DNA of 64,000 bases from Planctomycetaceae bacterium (lineage in GTDB: Bacteria > Planctomycetota > Planctomycetia > Pirellulales > Pirellulaceae), in assembly GCA_024642205.1 (NCBI GenBank), contig JAHEBQ010000032.1, positions 1,129-65,128 on the forward strand. Direction: 5' to 3'. The position numbers were made by a program, and so were the translations under genes. Positions 29,297 through 38,466 of the stretch are shown in pieces. The notes beneath the pieces are model-generated. The model worked only from the letters and a program-made list of their open reading frames with translations. It did no database searches and was not told where the DNA came from. Each line of letters starts with the position of its first letter. The first letter of the stretch is position 1.

Positions 29297-30583
29297 CTAC
29301 CCGACGATCCCGCTGATATCGATCAGGTGGATTTGGCGTCCGCCACCGGCGTGGGGTGAGTCGATCGCGACTGTCCTGCCATTGTTGCTTGCACGGGGAT
29401 GGGTATCGCAGCGCCATTCGCCGGAATAATCTGGCGGCGAGTGAAACGCGCCCAGTTCAACTCGCTTTCCCGAGGGAACATGAAACAGGTAGGGAACCTG
29501 CTCCCGTTTTTCCCTGCTTGGATACGTGTCATTGAGAATCCACTGGTTGTCGGCCATGGGCAGGTAGGTGTTGTGCCCGTTCTGTGTCATCACACCGCTG
29601 CCAACCGGTTCGAATTTGTCCGATGGGTCGGTGAACAGATAGAACCCGGGCGGTTGGCCAACCGGTTGAGTCCAGGCACAAACGTGTTCTGGGTCGCGCC
29701 AGATAAAATGAGACGTGTTGCCGGATGGATCAAGAATATGCCGGTTCGATCCGTCCATGGCAACGGTGAACATGCGCGTCGTAAATCTGCCTTTCGGTTG
29801 AGGATCCCGGGGGTCACCGTTGTCGTTTCGCCAACGATGGAGCACGATAAACCGCGAGCTGTCCGGACTGACCAGGAGATGGTTAAAGTAATTCCAATTC
29901 CCGGCCAGCGATTCGCCGTTGTGTTCAATTCTGGCGGCATCGGCAAGCGAGAAAATCAGATCCGATTGACCTGATTCCAGATCCATTCTCCAGACGCCGG
30001 ACGCTTCGGGAGCCCGCTGGTCAGCACACGGATCGGATAAACCGACATATCCATAGCCGGCCCGCATCCGTTGAATCCGCGAAAAATCGGCTGTAATCGC
30101 CCAGCGTCCGTCACCACTGAGCGCGTAGACGGGCCGGGGTAAGGTGCGGGCCTTTTTGGTTGTCACATCCAGCACGCGACAAACGTGCCGGTCCCCTTCC
30201 CTGTCGTTCCACACGACTTCCGACTTCGATTGCGGCCGCCACTGCAGCATACAACCCTGCTGCCAACCCCATGCCCGGCTTTCGCCCAGTGGAATCCATC
30301 TGTCATTGTCGTGCGTATCGACCATCCCGACACCAATGACATCTGTCGCGGCAGGAGTCCGATGCTCAAAGGCGACTTCGTTGGAAAGAACATATCGGTC
30401 GGTCGGATCAAACTCCAATTTGTCGTAATAACCAAACCAGTGATGCCTTGGACCCCGGGTAATGGTCCGGATCGGCGGGACGGGGTCGGTTGCCCGGACG
30501 AGACCTGGTCCCGTCCAAATCGGCAGCAGCATCGTCGAAGCCACTTTGATCGCGTCGCGCCGGGATACAGTTTTGGATTCCAT
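29297..30583 (-). CDS. Tat-exported TolB/oligogalacturonate-lyase-like beta-propeller
   Basis: SRRDAIK Tat motif; HHWFGYYDK, WGWQQGCMLQW, YFNHLLVSPDSSRF, SHFIW, GHNTY, WRCDTHPR; specific activity not assignable. Confidence 0.7.
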   Translation of the reverse strand: MESKTVSRRDAIKVASTMLLPIWTGPGLVRATDPVPPIRTITRGPRHHWFGYYDKLEFDPTDRYVLSNEVAFEHRTPAATDVIGVGMVDTHDNDRWIPLGESRAWGWQQGCMLQWRPQSKSEVVWNDREGDRHVCRVLDVTTKKARTLPRPVYALSGDGRWAITADFSRIQRMRAGYGYVGLSDPCADQRAPEASGVWRMDLESGQSDLIFSLADAARIEHNGESLAGNWNYFNHLLVSPDSSRFIVLHRWRNDNGDPRDPQPKGRFTTRMFTVAMDGSNRHILDPSGNTSHFIWRDPEHVCAWTQPVGQPPGFYLFTDPSDKFEPVGSGVMTQNGHNTYLPMADNQWILNDTYPSREKREQVPYLFHVPSGKRVELGAFHSPPDYSGEWRCDTHPRASNNGRTVAIDSPHAGGGRQIHLIDISGIVG

Positions 30584-30903
30584 GTTGGCCATACCGACGT
30601 AACTGGCTGGGATTCGAACAAGTCATTTGATTCTAGCCCGATCCGCCTGCCGGCAAAATGATGCTGCCCGGGAACGCACACCCGATACGAAAAAGAGGTT
30701 CTTGGAATGGCATCTCACTCCCGGGTGAGGTGGACAGGATCCGCAGGTAATTTTCCGCAAGTTTTTGTAGGAACCAGGCCATTGCTTCGACTTCAATCCA
30801 AATCGCCGCAAATCTGATCGACGTTCATTTTTTTTTACATTTGTACCGAAAGTGCAATCGTTTACGCACGACCGAGTTCCGCCGTTCGGTTGATTCCTTG
30901 CGG

Positions 30904-31167
30904 ATGGACATGGGCATGGATTTGACTCTGAATTTTGGCTCCCTGGACGCAGCCCATGGGATCCAAACATGTCACACGTCGTCGATCCAGTTTGCCAACC
31001 CCCGGCAATGGGACGGACAAAGCACACTCTTCGGGCTCATCCCAATGGTCAGAAAGAGGTTTTACCAGCTTTCGATCCCCCGCACCGAAGCCTGGGAACA
31101 GATGCCGATCCAAGACGTCAATGATCGCGGTATCCTGCCCGAAGCGGCGCTGGAAAATTCACCATGA
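30904..31167 (+). CDS. Small hypothetical protein (87 aa)
   Basis: Open frame with mostly G/C third positions in an otherwise empty 1.2-kb gap; no recognisable motif. Confidence 0.4.
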   Translation: MDMGMDLTLNFGSLDAAHGIQTCHTSSIQFANPRQWDGQSTLFGLIPMVRKRFYQLSIPRTEAWEQMPIQDVNDRGILPEAALENSP

Positions 31168-31867
31168 AGGGCAGCGAATTAACAATTGCGGACCATCCCG
31201 GTTCGACGACTACGAACTGTTGAGATGAGCCCGGGGAACGGAGCTTGCGTTCCGGTCGCCGCGCGACACTGGATTCAAGCACTGGATGAAATCTCGATCT
31301 CGCTCAGCATCAATCTTCGCTCACCCAGTTAGATTTGTCGCGATCGCGTCTATTTGAATGAACCGAAAGATGCGAAAGATTGGACTTCCACCAGCGACCG
31401 TCAGTCGCCAGGCCAACACATGATCCGAGCTGACGAAGTCGGCCGTGCGGGGCGCACCGGCCCGAATCAGGAAGCTGGCGAGAAAGTAGTCTTCCACGCA
31501 GCGTGGCAACGACGGCAACTTGAGCGGCTGATTGCCACTCATTTTTTTTGAACGCTTTGGATGTCAGCGGACCGATACGCACGACGCCCCCCAACCGGGA
31601 GGTTACAACAACGGTTCTGCTGCCAGGGTCGACTTGCCAGCAAAATAATTTGCGACTGGATCTACTGCAAAATCGCGAGTTTAATCAGGCGGTACCGGTC
31701 GTCGTCGCCGATAAGCTGGTTAGCTGGGATTGCATGGTTGCATTCAATAGCCCACCATGCGTCCTGTTTCCTGCCTACCATTTTTCTGTTCCGCCTCCTG
31801 ACGGTTGGTTTGCACGATTTCAATTCGTCAATTCTTGATTACGCTGCTCAGCGTTGACCGGAGCAAA

Positions 31868-32911
31868 ATGACAACCCAGAATCCCGCGTGGATCCACGAT
31901 GCGCGCGTCGCGTTGAAGGACTCGAAAACCGATTTTTTCGAGGCTCGTCCCGGTCGATATTGGTTCGATTTCATGGTGAGTGCAACATTAGCCTATGCTG
32001 CTGCGACGGTCTATTTGATGGCGCCAATGTTTTCGGTGGCCCAATTCATTGCGTTTCCGCTGGCGGTATTCTGGCTCTACCGGAGCGGTTCCCTGATCCA
32101 TGAAGTCGCCCATTTGCCCAGCCACGAATTACGGGCCTTCAAGATCGCCTGGAATATCATCGTCGGTGTCGTGACCTTGGCACCTTCCACGTTTTTTACG
32201 GCCCATCATCGTGATCATCATTCGGGAAAAATGTACGGCACTCCCAAGGACCCGGAGTATATTATCAACGTGTTCCGGCCCGGAAGCGCGCTCAGCATCC
32301 TGTTGTATGCAATCCACGTTTGCCTGTTCCCGGCATTTGTGTTTTTGCGATTCCTTCTCGCGCCGCTCACGTTTATTAATCCAAAAGTGCGCGACTTTAC
32401 GCTGCGCCGGCTTTCATCATTTACGATGAACTGGAAATACGAAAGGAACATCTCGCGACTGGATCGAAAGACGTTTGCGATGATTGAGTTACTCTGCTTT
32501 GCCCGTGCCGTCATGATCCCGGCAGGCGTCATCCTGGGCTTCATGGGCATCATGGATGTCTCATGGACACGAATCCCGTTGCTGTATGTGCTCGCAGCCA
32601 GCACGCTGTTATTCAATCAAATGCGACAACTCGCCGACCACCATTTCGAGAGCACCGGAGACCGGATGGCACTGCCGGACCATATCCTCGATTCATGCAA
32701 CTACACGAATCGTGATTTTTTCACCTGGCTGTTTTTTCCCTTCGCAATCAAATTCCACGCGCTGCATCATTTGTTCCCGTCACTGCCCTATCACAACCTG
32801 GAATCGGCCCACCGGCATCTGACGGCAACCCTGCCTTCCGATTCGCCCTACCATGGCCTGAGTCAACCGGGCTGGTGGAGCGCCGCTTCGATGACGTTTT
32901 CCAAACGCTAG
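31868..32911 (+). CDS. Membrane fatty acid desaturase family protein
   Basis: Three His boxes HEVAH, HHRDHH, HALHH plus hydrophobic segments. Confidence 0.88.
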   Translation: MTTQNPAWIHDARVALKDSKTDFFEARPGRYWFDFMVSATLAYAAATVYLMAPMFSVAQFIAFPLAVFWLYRSGSLIHEVAHLPSHELRAFKIAWNIIVGVVTLAPSTFFTAHHRDHHSGKMYGTPKDPEYIINVFRPGSALSILLYAIHVCLFPAFVFLRFLLAPLTFINPKVRDFTLRRLSSFTMNWKYERNISRLDRKTFAMIELLCFARAVMIPAGVILGFMGIMDVSWTRIPLLYVLAASTLLFNQMRQLADHHFESTGDRMALPDHILDSCNYTNRDFFTWLFFPFAIKFHALHHLFPSLPYHNLESAHRHLTATLPSDSPYHGLSQPGWWSAASMTFSKR

Positions 32912-32967
32912 CCAATGACGGATGATAAGGTCCGGGCCATCACGAACGACAAATGAACTGCCATGCG

Positions 32968-33360
32968 CTATTTCTTTTTCCGGGCCTTCTTCGCCGATTT
33001 GGCAACCGGACGCTTGGTGGGCCTGGGCATCAACCGCTGCGCGTTGGCATAGCATTTCCTGAACCAGGCCGTCATTTGCTGTTTGTTGACCAGCAGCGTG
33101 TCGGGAATCAGGACGTAATCGTTCATCAGGACTCCGTGCTGGTAGCATTCCATTCCCGGATGCGTTGCCAGAAATGCCGCACGTTCATCGGCCGAGAGTC
33201 GCAGCGCCAACCGGTTTTCGGTGGAAAGAAAACTGAACATGTTGCCGTTGAGAGACGTGTAATGTGATTTTGCGCCCTTGATTTCCAGGCCCGGCGTCGC
33301 GTCGACGAGCAACTGATAGACGGTCAACGGATCGGCGGCAGGTGGTTTCTTTTTGGCCAT
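32968..33360 (-). CDS. TfoX/Sxy N-terminal-like small protein
   Basis: YTSLNGNMFSFL...LALRLS...MNDYVLIP...W...Y pattern with basic C-terminal tail. Confidence 0.6.
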   Translation of the reverse strand: MAKKKPPAADPLTVYQLLVDATPGLEIKGAKSHYTSLNGNMFSFLSTENRLALRLSADERAAFLATHPGMECYQHGVLMNDYVLIPDTLLVNKQQMTAWFRKCYANAQRLMPRPTKRPVAKSAKKARKKK

Positions 33361-33372
33361 CGCAGTGACGTG

Positions 33373-35094
33373 TCAAATCGCAAAGAAAACGTAAACCCCA
33401 ATCACGAACATGACCAACCCGGCACCAACGTAAGGAGCAGGCTTCCAGGGCGTCAAGTCAACCAGTTTGGCATCCTGTTGGACGTAGGGCTGGTCACGTT
33501 TCATTCCTGCTGCGCCAAGCGACAGCTGGAGCACGATCAGGAAAACAAAAATCGCCCCCATGTAGTGAAATCCGGAGCCAAAAATATCCAGCAGCCAACC
33601 GGTCACTTTCGGCGTCGTCTCCGTGGCTTCGACGGCCCCGGTAAAAAATGTACCGGTAATCATCAGAACCAGACCGACCAGTAACGTGATCAGGGCCGAT
33701 TTTCCATTCACGGTCCGGTTGAACATCCCCACCATGATAATGGCCAACAGAGGGATAAAATAAACGCCGTTCAGCGTTTGAAAAAATCCAAAAATCTGCT
33801 CGCGACCATAGAAGATATTCGGGGCGGCAAGGACCGCAAACACCGCCACGACGAAACTGCAGATCTGCCCCGAAACAACGACGTTTTTCGTTGATGCCGC
33901 CGGGTTAAGGTATTGCTTGTAAACGTCCAGCGAGAACAGCGTCGCGGCCGAGTTGAGAACCGAATTGAACGTCGAGAGAATCGAGCCGACCACCACTGCT
34001 GCGAAAAATCCCAGCAGATAGTCCGGCAGGACTTTGCTGACCAGGGCACCATAGGCCCGATCGGCAATCCAGTTTCCATCTTCATTTTTGCCAACGTCCG
34101 CCATCATCTGGGCGTCCTGTGCGCCGATGACGAGGTAGGCTGCGACAATTCCGGGCAACACGAGAATCAGTGGAGCGAGGATTTTGAAAAACGCCGCCAG
34201 CAGCACACCTTTCTGGCCTTCGGCAAGGTTCTTGGCGCCGAAGGTCCGCTGAATGATCTGTTGGTTGGTGCACCAGTAAAAAAAATTCAAAAGCAATACC
34301 CCGGTGAACAGCGTCGGCCAGTGCGTCCCTTCATTGGCCGCCCCCATCGATTGAAACGCGTCCGGATCCGCGGCTTTGATTTTTGCAAACGCACCCGAAA
34401 TTCCACCTTCGTCACCGGCAACGACGGCCAACGAAAAAACCGTGATCATCAATCCGCCGATCAACAAGCCTGCCCCGTTAAACGTATCGGAGACGGCGAT
34501 CGCTTTCATGCCACCCCAAATCGCATATCCGCCACCCAAAGCCGCGATAAAAATGATGACCACCCAGATCGTCTTGATTTCCGCTGCCTGTCTGACCGCA
34601 TCCGCGATCGGCACATCACCCGTGGTATCCAGAAAACCAAGCAGGCTTTCCAGGCCCAACATCCCGTTGAGACCTCGGGCACCGAGAAACAACACGAATG
34701 GCAGCAGAATCAACATGTAGGCCACAATAAAAATCGCTGCCGTAATCGCCCGAACCGAAGAACCATATCGTTCTTCCAGGAATTGCGGGATCGTCGCGAT
34801 TCCGGATTTCAAATACCGCGGCAGGAACACCAGCCCGAGCACAACCAGTGATAGTCCGGCAACGACTTCCCAGCACATGACCGACAGCCCGTCGTTAAAG
34901 GAGCCGGCATTGAGGCCGATCAACTGCTCGGTTGAAAGATTGGTCAGCAACAATGAACCGGCGATAAAAATCCCGGTCAGACTTCTCCCCGCCAAAAAAT
35001 ATCCTTCATCCGTATCAAGGTTGGTCCCCCGGGTAAACCACCAGGTTAAGACAATGACCAGGCCAGTAAAAAAGATGAAGGTTGCAAGGGTCAT
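33373..35094 (-). CDS. Sodium:solute symporter (YidK-like SSS)
   Basis: EGYFLAGRSL, GSLLLTNLSTEQLIGLNA, FLPRYLKSGIATIPQFLEERY, YWCTNQQIIQR, GSILSTFNSVLNSAATLFSLDVYK. Confidence 0.93.
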   Translation of the reverse strand: MTLATFIFFTGLVIVLTWWFTRGTNLDTDEGYFLAGRSLTGIFIAGSLLLTNLSTEQLIGLNAGSFNDGLSVMCWEVVAGLSLVVLGLVFLPRYLKSGIATIPQFLEERYGSSVRAITAAIFIVAYMLILLPFVLFLGARGLNGMLGLESLLGFLDTTGDVPIADAVRQAAEIKTIWVVIIFIAALGGGYAIWGGMKAIAVSDTFNGAGLLIGGLMITVFSLAVVAGDEGGISGAFAKIKAADPDAFQSMGAANEGTHWPTLFTGVLLLNFFYWCTNQQIIQRTFGAKNLAEGQKGVLLAAFFKILAPLILVLPGIVAAYLVIGAQDAQMMADVGKNEDGNWIADRAYGALVSKVLPDYLLGFFAAVVVGSILSTFNSVLNSAATLFSLDVYKQYLNPAASTKNVVVSGQICSFVVAVFAVLAAPNIFYGREQIFGFFQTLNGVYFIPLLAIIMVGMFNRTVNGKSALITLLVGLVLMITGTFFTGAVEATETTPKVTGWLLDIFGSGFHYMGAIFVFLIVLQLSLGAAGMKRDQPYVQQDAKLVDLTPWKPAPYVGAGLVMFVIGVYVFFAI

Positions 35095-35307
35095 GGGTGA
35101 TCGGAAGAAAATGCCTGCGATGGATTTTGGAACGGCCTAGATGATAACACAGCGATAACCTGATCACACGTCGCGGTCTCGGGCTGCAATCAGAACACGA
35201 AACAGGAAAACAGGACTTTTCGATTCAACGTCCAACGGCTGGTTCACCGGGTGACCCGCCAGACGCAGCCTGGAATACTCCGTTTTCTCGGTCCGTTCCT
35301 GTTCAGA

Positions 35308-36267
35308 TTACCTGTTTTTTTCGCGGTTTTTCACTGCTGGTTTCACAGATCCCTGCGCCAGTTCCTGGACCACTTTTTCGATCAATTTCCTGGTCGCGAT
35401 GATTCCGTCGATCGGATTGACGCCGTGGCCTTCGAACTCGATTCCGACATATCCCTGGAAGCCGGCGTCCTTGGCGATCTTGAGCATCTTCCGATAGTCG
35501 ACGTTCTCTTCGTTGCCGTCTTTGTCAAACGACTTCGATTTTGCACACAGGACCTTCGCCCACGGCATCATCTCCGCCACGCCCTGGTAAGGATCGTATT
35601 CCTTGAAATTCTGGAAATCCGGCAATGTTCCACAGTTCTCCAACCCGACTTTCGACATCACATCGGCAAGCCAGGCTCCATTTCCGGAGTGGTTGCCGTG
35701 GTTCTCAACCAGGATCGTGAGTTCGTATTCCCGGGCAACGGTACAAAGCGCCTGTAGTCCCGCGACGGCATGCTTTTTCTGCTCGTCGGCATCGCCAGCG
35801 TGGCGCGTATCGACGCGGACAAACTGGCCCCCCAGGATCCTGGTGGCGGTTAACCAGGGTCGATACCCCTCAATGGCCCTGTTCCGGACTTCTGGCTCGG
35901 GCGAATCGATCGCATTCTTGCTGCGGCACAGCATCATCGTATTGATGGCACCGAGTTCATCACAGCGTTTTCGCAGCCGCTTGAAAAATGCCTCATCCTT
36001 CGCCTTGTCTTCCATGTGGCCGTTGAAATATTCGAGTGCCTTGATGCCAGTGCCGTCGACGACCGTCTGGGGATAGTCTTCCATCTTCAATTCGCCAGAG
36101 CGAAGTTGTTTGTTGAACGAGTACTGTTGCACGGCAACCTTCAGCCACTCCGTGGTGTCGCCGGTTTTCTCCTGACCAGGATCGTGGTCCGCAAGCAACC
36201 TGGACGGACCCATTAGCAGTACGACACTTGACGCCGCTCCAAGTCGCAGAATATCTCTTCGTTTCAT
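35308..36267 (-). CDS. Tat-exported sugar phosphate isomerase/epimerase (AP_endonuc_2 TIM barrel)
   Basis: KRRDIL Tat motif; ILVENHG, CGTLPDFQNF, AKS, YVGIEFEG. Confidence 0.9.
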   Translation of the reverse strand: MKRRDILRLGAASSVVLLMGPSRLLADHDPGQEKTGDTTEWLKVAVQQYSFNKQLRSGELKMEDYPQTVVDGTGIKALEYFNGHMEDKAKDEAFFKRLRKRCDELGAINTMMLCRSKNAIDSPEPEVRNRAIEGYRPWLTATRILGGQFVRVDTRHAGDADEQKKHAVAGLQALCTVAREYELTILVENHGNHSGNGAWLADVMSKVGLENCGTLPDFQNFKEYDPYQGVAEMMPWAKVLCAKSKSFDKDGNEENVDYRKMLKIAKDAGFQGYVGIEFEGHGVNPIDGIIATRKLIEKVVQELAQGSVKPAVKNREKNR

Positions 36268-36627
36268 CGTGCTCTCGATTGTAATGATTCGTCGGCCGCA
36301 AGCTCCGCGGCAGGATACTGGTTTTCAACTCTTGACCTGCCAGGGATGATCAAACATCCAATGTACAGGAAAAAAACGTCGTGATCGCGAGCGGCAGAAA
36401 ACACGGCCAGAAATCCGGCGGCGGGACCCGAAAGCGTCACGCTTTCCCGTAACCATCTTGCCGATGGCACCGAATGACGGAAAGCATGCTTCTCCGGACA
36501 CGCAGCGACCAGGCGTTTGGCTCCTCCGACTGCCCGGAAGCCGAATGCCAACTGAGAGCCTTGCATCACCACCGAAAACAGGTGAAACTTGACAGCCAAA
36601 TCCAGTTCCAACCTGTCTGAGGCAACG

Positions 36628-38271
36628 ATGAAATCCAAACTGCTGTTGATGCTATTGTGCCTGCTTGCCGCTTCTCCGGCAGAAGCCCAGGTTCTTCCGG
36701 CATACGATCTTGGCGGAGCGAGTAAACCGAACCCGGATCTCTCGTTCAAGAAAGAAGACCAGTACAAGCGCGTCCACCAGGCTGCGCTGCGGTTTATTCT
36801 GCGCGGCCAGCTGGATGAGACCGAAACATTTCTCGATCAATACCTGGAAAAACACCCTGGCGATGCCGAAACGCTGTATATGCTGGGCATCCTTTACGGA
36901 CAGCGTGGCAACATTCCCAGGGCCGAAGCCTTCCTGCAACGTGCCCTCGCGGCGGGCTTGCCCGATGGCCGGTTGATAGCCGGCCCTCGAAAAATGATCG
37001 AGCCGATTGAGGCGACAAAGTTGATGGAGGACCTACGGCACAAATACACCCGGGAACTCGTGCATGGTCCGCTGGTCGGCAGCGTCACCGACTCCGCAGC
37101 TTCGTTTTGGGTCCGTACCTCGACAGAAAGTCAAATCCAGGTCACCGTGATTGACCCGAAAACCGGTGACGTGGCAGGCCGAAGCGAAAAAACAACGTCG
37201 AATGCCAGCGAAGACTACACCGCCGTGGCCAACGTCAGCGGGCTTGAACCGAACACCGAATATCAATATTCGATCGACCTCGACGGTCGACCCTGTTCGC
37301 CAGGTTCCTTTCGCACGCTCAGCCCCCAAGGTAAGGCTTCCAGGTTTGTGATCGCGTTCGGCGGCGGCGCGGGTTACGTTCCGGAAAACGAACGCATGTG
37401 GAATACGATTGGAAGCTTCGATCCGCAGGCCATTTTACTGCTCGGCGACAATGTCTATATCGATGACCCTGAATCGATTGTAATGCAGCAATACACGTAT
37501 CACCGGCGCCAGTCGCGCCCGGAATGGCGAAAGCTGACGGCGAGGTCGCCGGTATTTACGATTTGGGACGATCACGACTTCAGCACCAATGACAGTTGGG
37601 GCGGTGCGGATATCGATCTGCCGTTCTGGAAAAAAGACTGGGTTTTTCCCATCTTTCGTCAAAACTGGGCCAACCCGGGATACGGCGGTGGCGATGACCA
37701 ACCGGGATGTTGGTACACATTTCACATTGGCGATGTCGACTTCATCATGCTCGACTGTCGTTACTATCGAACCAGCCCCAAGGAGTCGCCGCGCTCGATG
37801 CTGGGACCCGTCCAGAAGAAATGGCTCAAAGAGCAATTGACATCGGCTACCGGGACTTTCAAAGTCATCTGTTCATCGGTCCCATGGGATTTCCGCACCA
37901 AAGGGGACAGTCTCGATACCTGGAACGGTTACAAGGAAGAACACGAGGAGATTCTGAGTTTTATTGAATCGCAAAACATCGAGGGAGTGTTGCTGATGTC
38001 CGCCGACCGGCACCGGTCCGATGCCTGGAAGATGTCGCGGCCCAATGGATACGATCTGTATGAATTCAATTCGTCCCGACTGACCAACCAACATGTCCAT
38101 GCAACGATGGAGAAACAGGGGGCGATCTTCAGCTACAACAAACCGCAATCCTTCGGCCTGGTCACCTTTGACACGACTGTCGACGATCCCCAGGTGACGT
38201 ACGAAGTCGTCAACATCGACGGGGAAAAGCCTCACTCGATTACCGTCATGCGAAGCGAGTTGAAGAAGTAA
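36628..38271 (+). CDS. phoD: Alkaline phosphatase D family metallophosphoesterase with N-terminal TPR and FN3-like domain
   Basis: Signal peptide; TPR-like LEKHPGDAETLYMLGILYGQRGNIPRAEAFLQRAL; HGPLVGSVTDSAASFWVRT, GLEPNTEYQY; LLGDNVYID, IWDDHDF, MLDCRYYR, SADRH. Confidence 0.88.
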   Translation: MKSKLLLMLLCLLAASPAEAQVLPAYDLGGASKPNPDLSFKKEDQYKRVHQAALRFILRGQLDETETFLDQYLEKHPGDAETLYMLGILYGQRGNIPRAEAFLQRALAAGLPDGRLIAGPRKMIEPIEATKLMEDLRHKYTRELVHGPLVGSVTDSAASFWVRTSTESQIQVTVIDPKTGDVAGRSEKTTSNASEDYTAVANVSGLEPNTEYQYSIDLDGRPCSPGSFRTLSPQGKASRFVIAFGGGAGYVPENERMWNTIGSFDPQAILLLGDNVYIDDPESIVMQQYTYHRRQSRPEWRKLTARSPVFTIWDDHDFSTNDSWGGADIDLPFWKKDWVFPIFRQNWANPGYGGGDDQPGCWYTFHIGDVDFIMLDCRYYRTSPKESPRSMLGPVQKKWLKEQLTSATGTFKVICSSVPWDFRTKGDSLDTWNGYKEEHEEILSFIESQNIEGVLLMSADRHRSDAWKMSRPNGYDLYEFNSSRLTNQHVHATMEKQGAIFSYNKPQSFGLVTFDTTVDDPQVTYEVVNIDGEKPHSITVMRSELKK

Positions 38272-38401
38272 GCCGCAGGGTCAGTCCGGTCACAGGCGAG
38301 CCATCCTCCGAAGGTGGCCATTCGCTCCGCGAATGAGTGCTCGTTCGCGGAGCGAACGGCCACTAACCGGAACGGCCACTAACCGGAACGGCCGCTGACG
38401 C
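38268..38401. repeat. REP cluster: degenerate 20-mer, 50-nt hairpin (38314-38363) and 3 x 16-nt tandem repeat
   Basis: GTGGCCATTCGCTCCGCGAATGAG-TG-CTCGTTCGCGGAGCGAACGGCCAC (22/24 arm match); GAACGGCCACTAACCG x2 plus one degenerate copy; lies between convergent phoD and sulfatase genes. Confidence 0.85.
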
Positions 38402-38466
38402 GAATTCGCTGACAGGTATCGGTAGAATCAATCAAGACGGAAATCATCCGACATCGCGCGCCGCCA

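Noticed and set aside
30711-30800. tRNA-Sec-like sequence (CTCCCGGGTGAGG hairpin and GACTTCAATCC)
   Set aside because: Only isolated words resemble selC; spacing is wrong and no acceptor stem, T-arm or CCA can be built
33913-34851. Long alternative ORFs (also 242..1381, 5114..6139, 48041..48700, 63214..63918)
   Set aside because: Antisense or out-of-frame shadows of well-supported GC-biased genes, with no recognisable motifs
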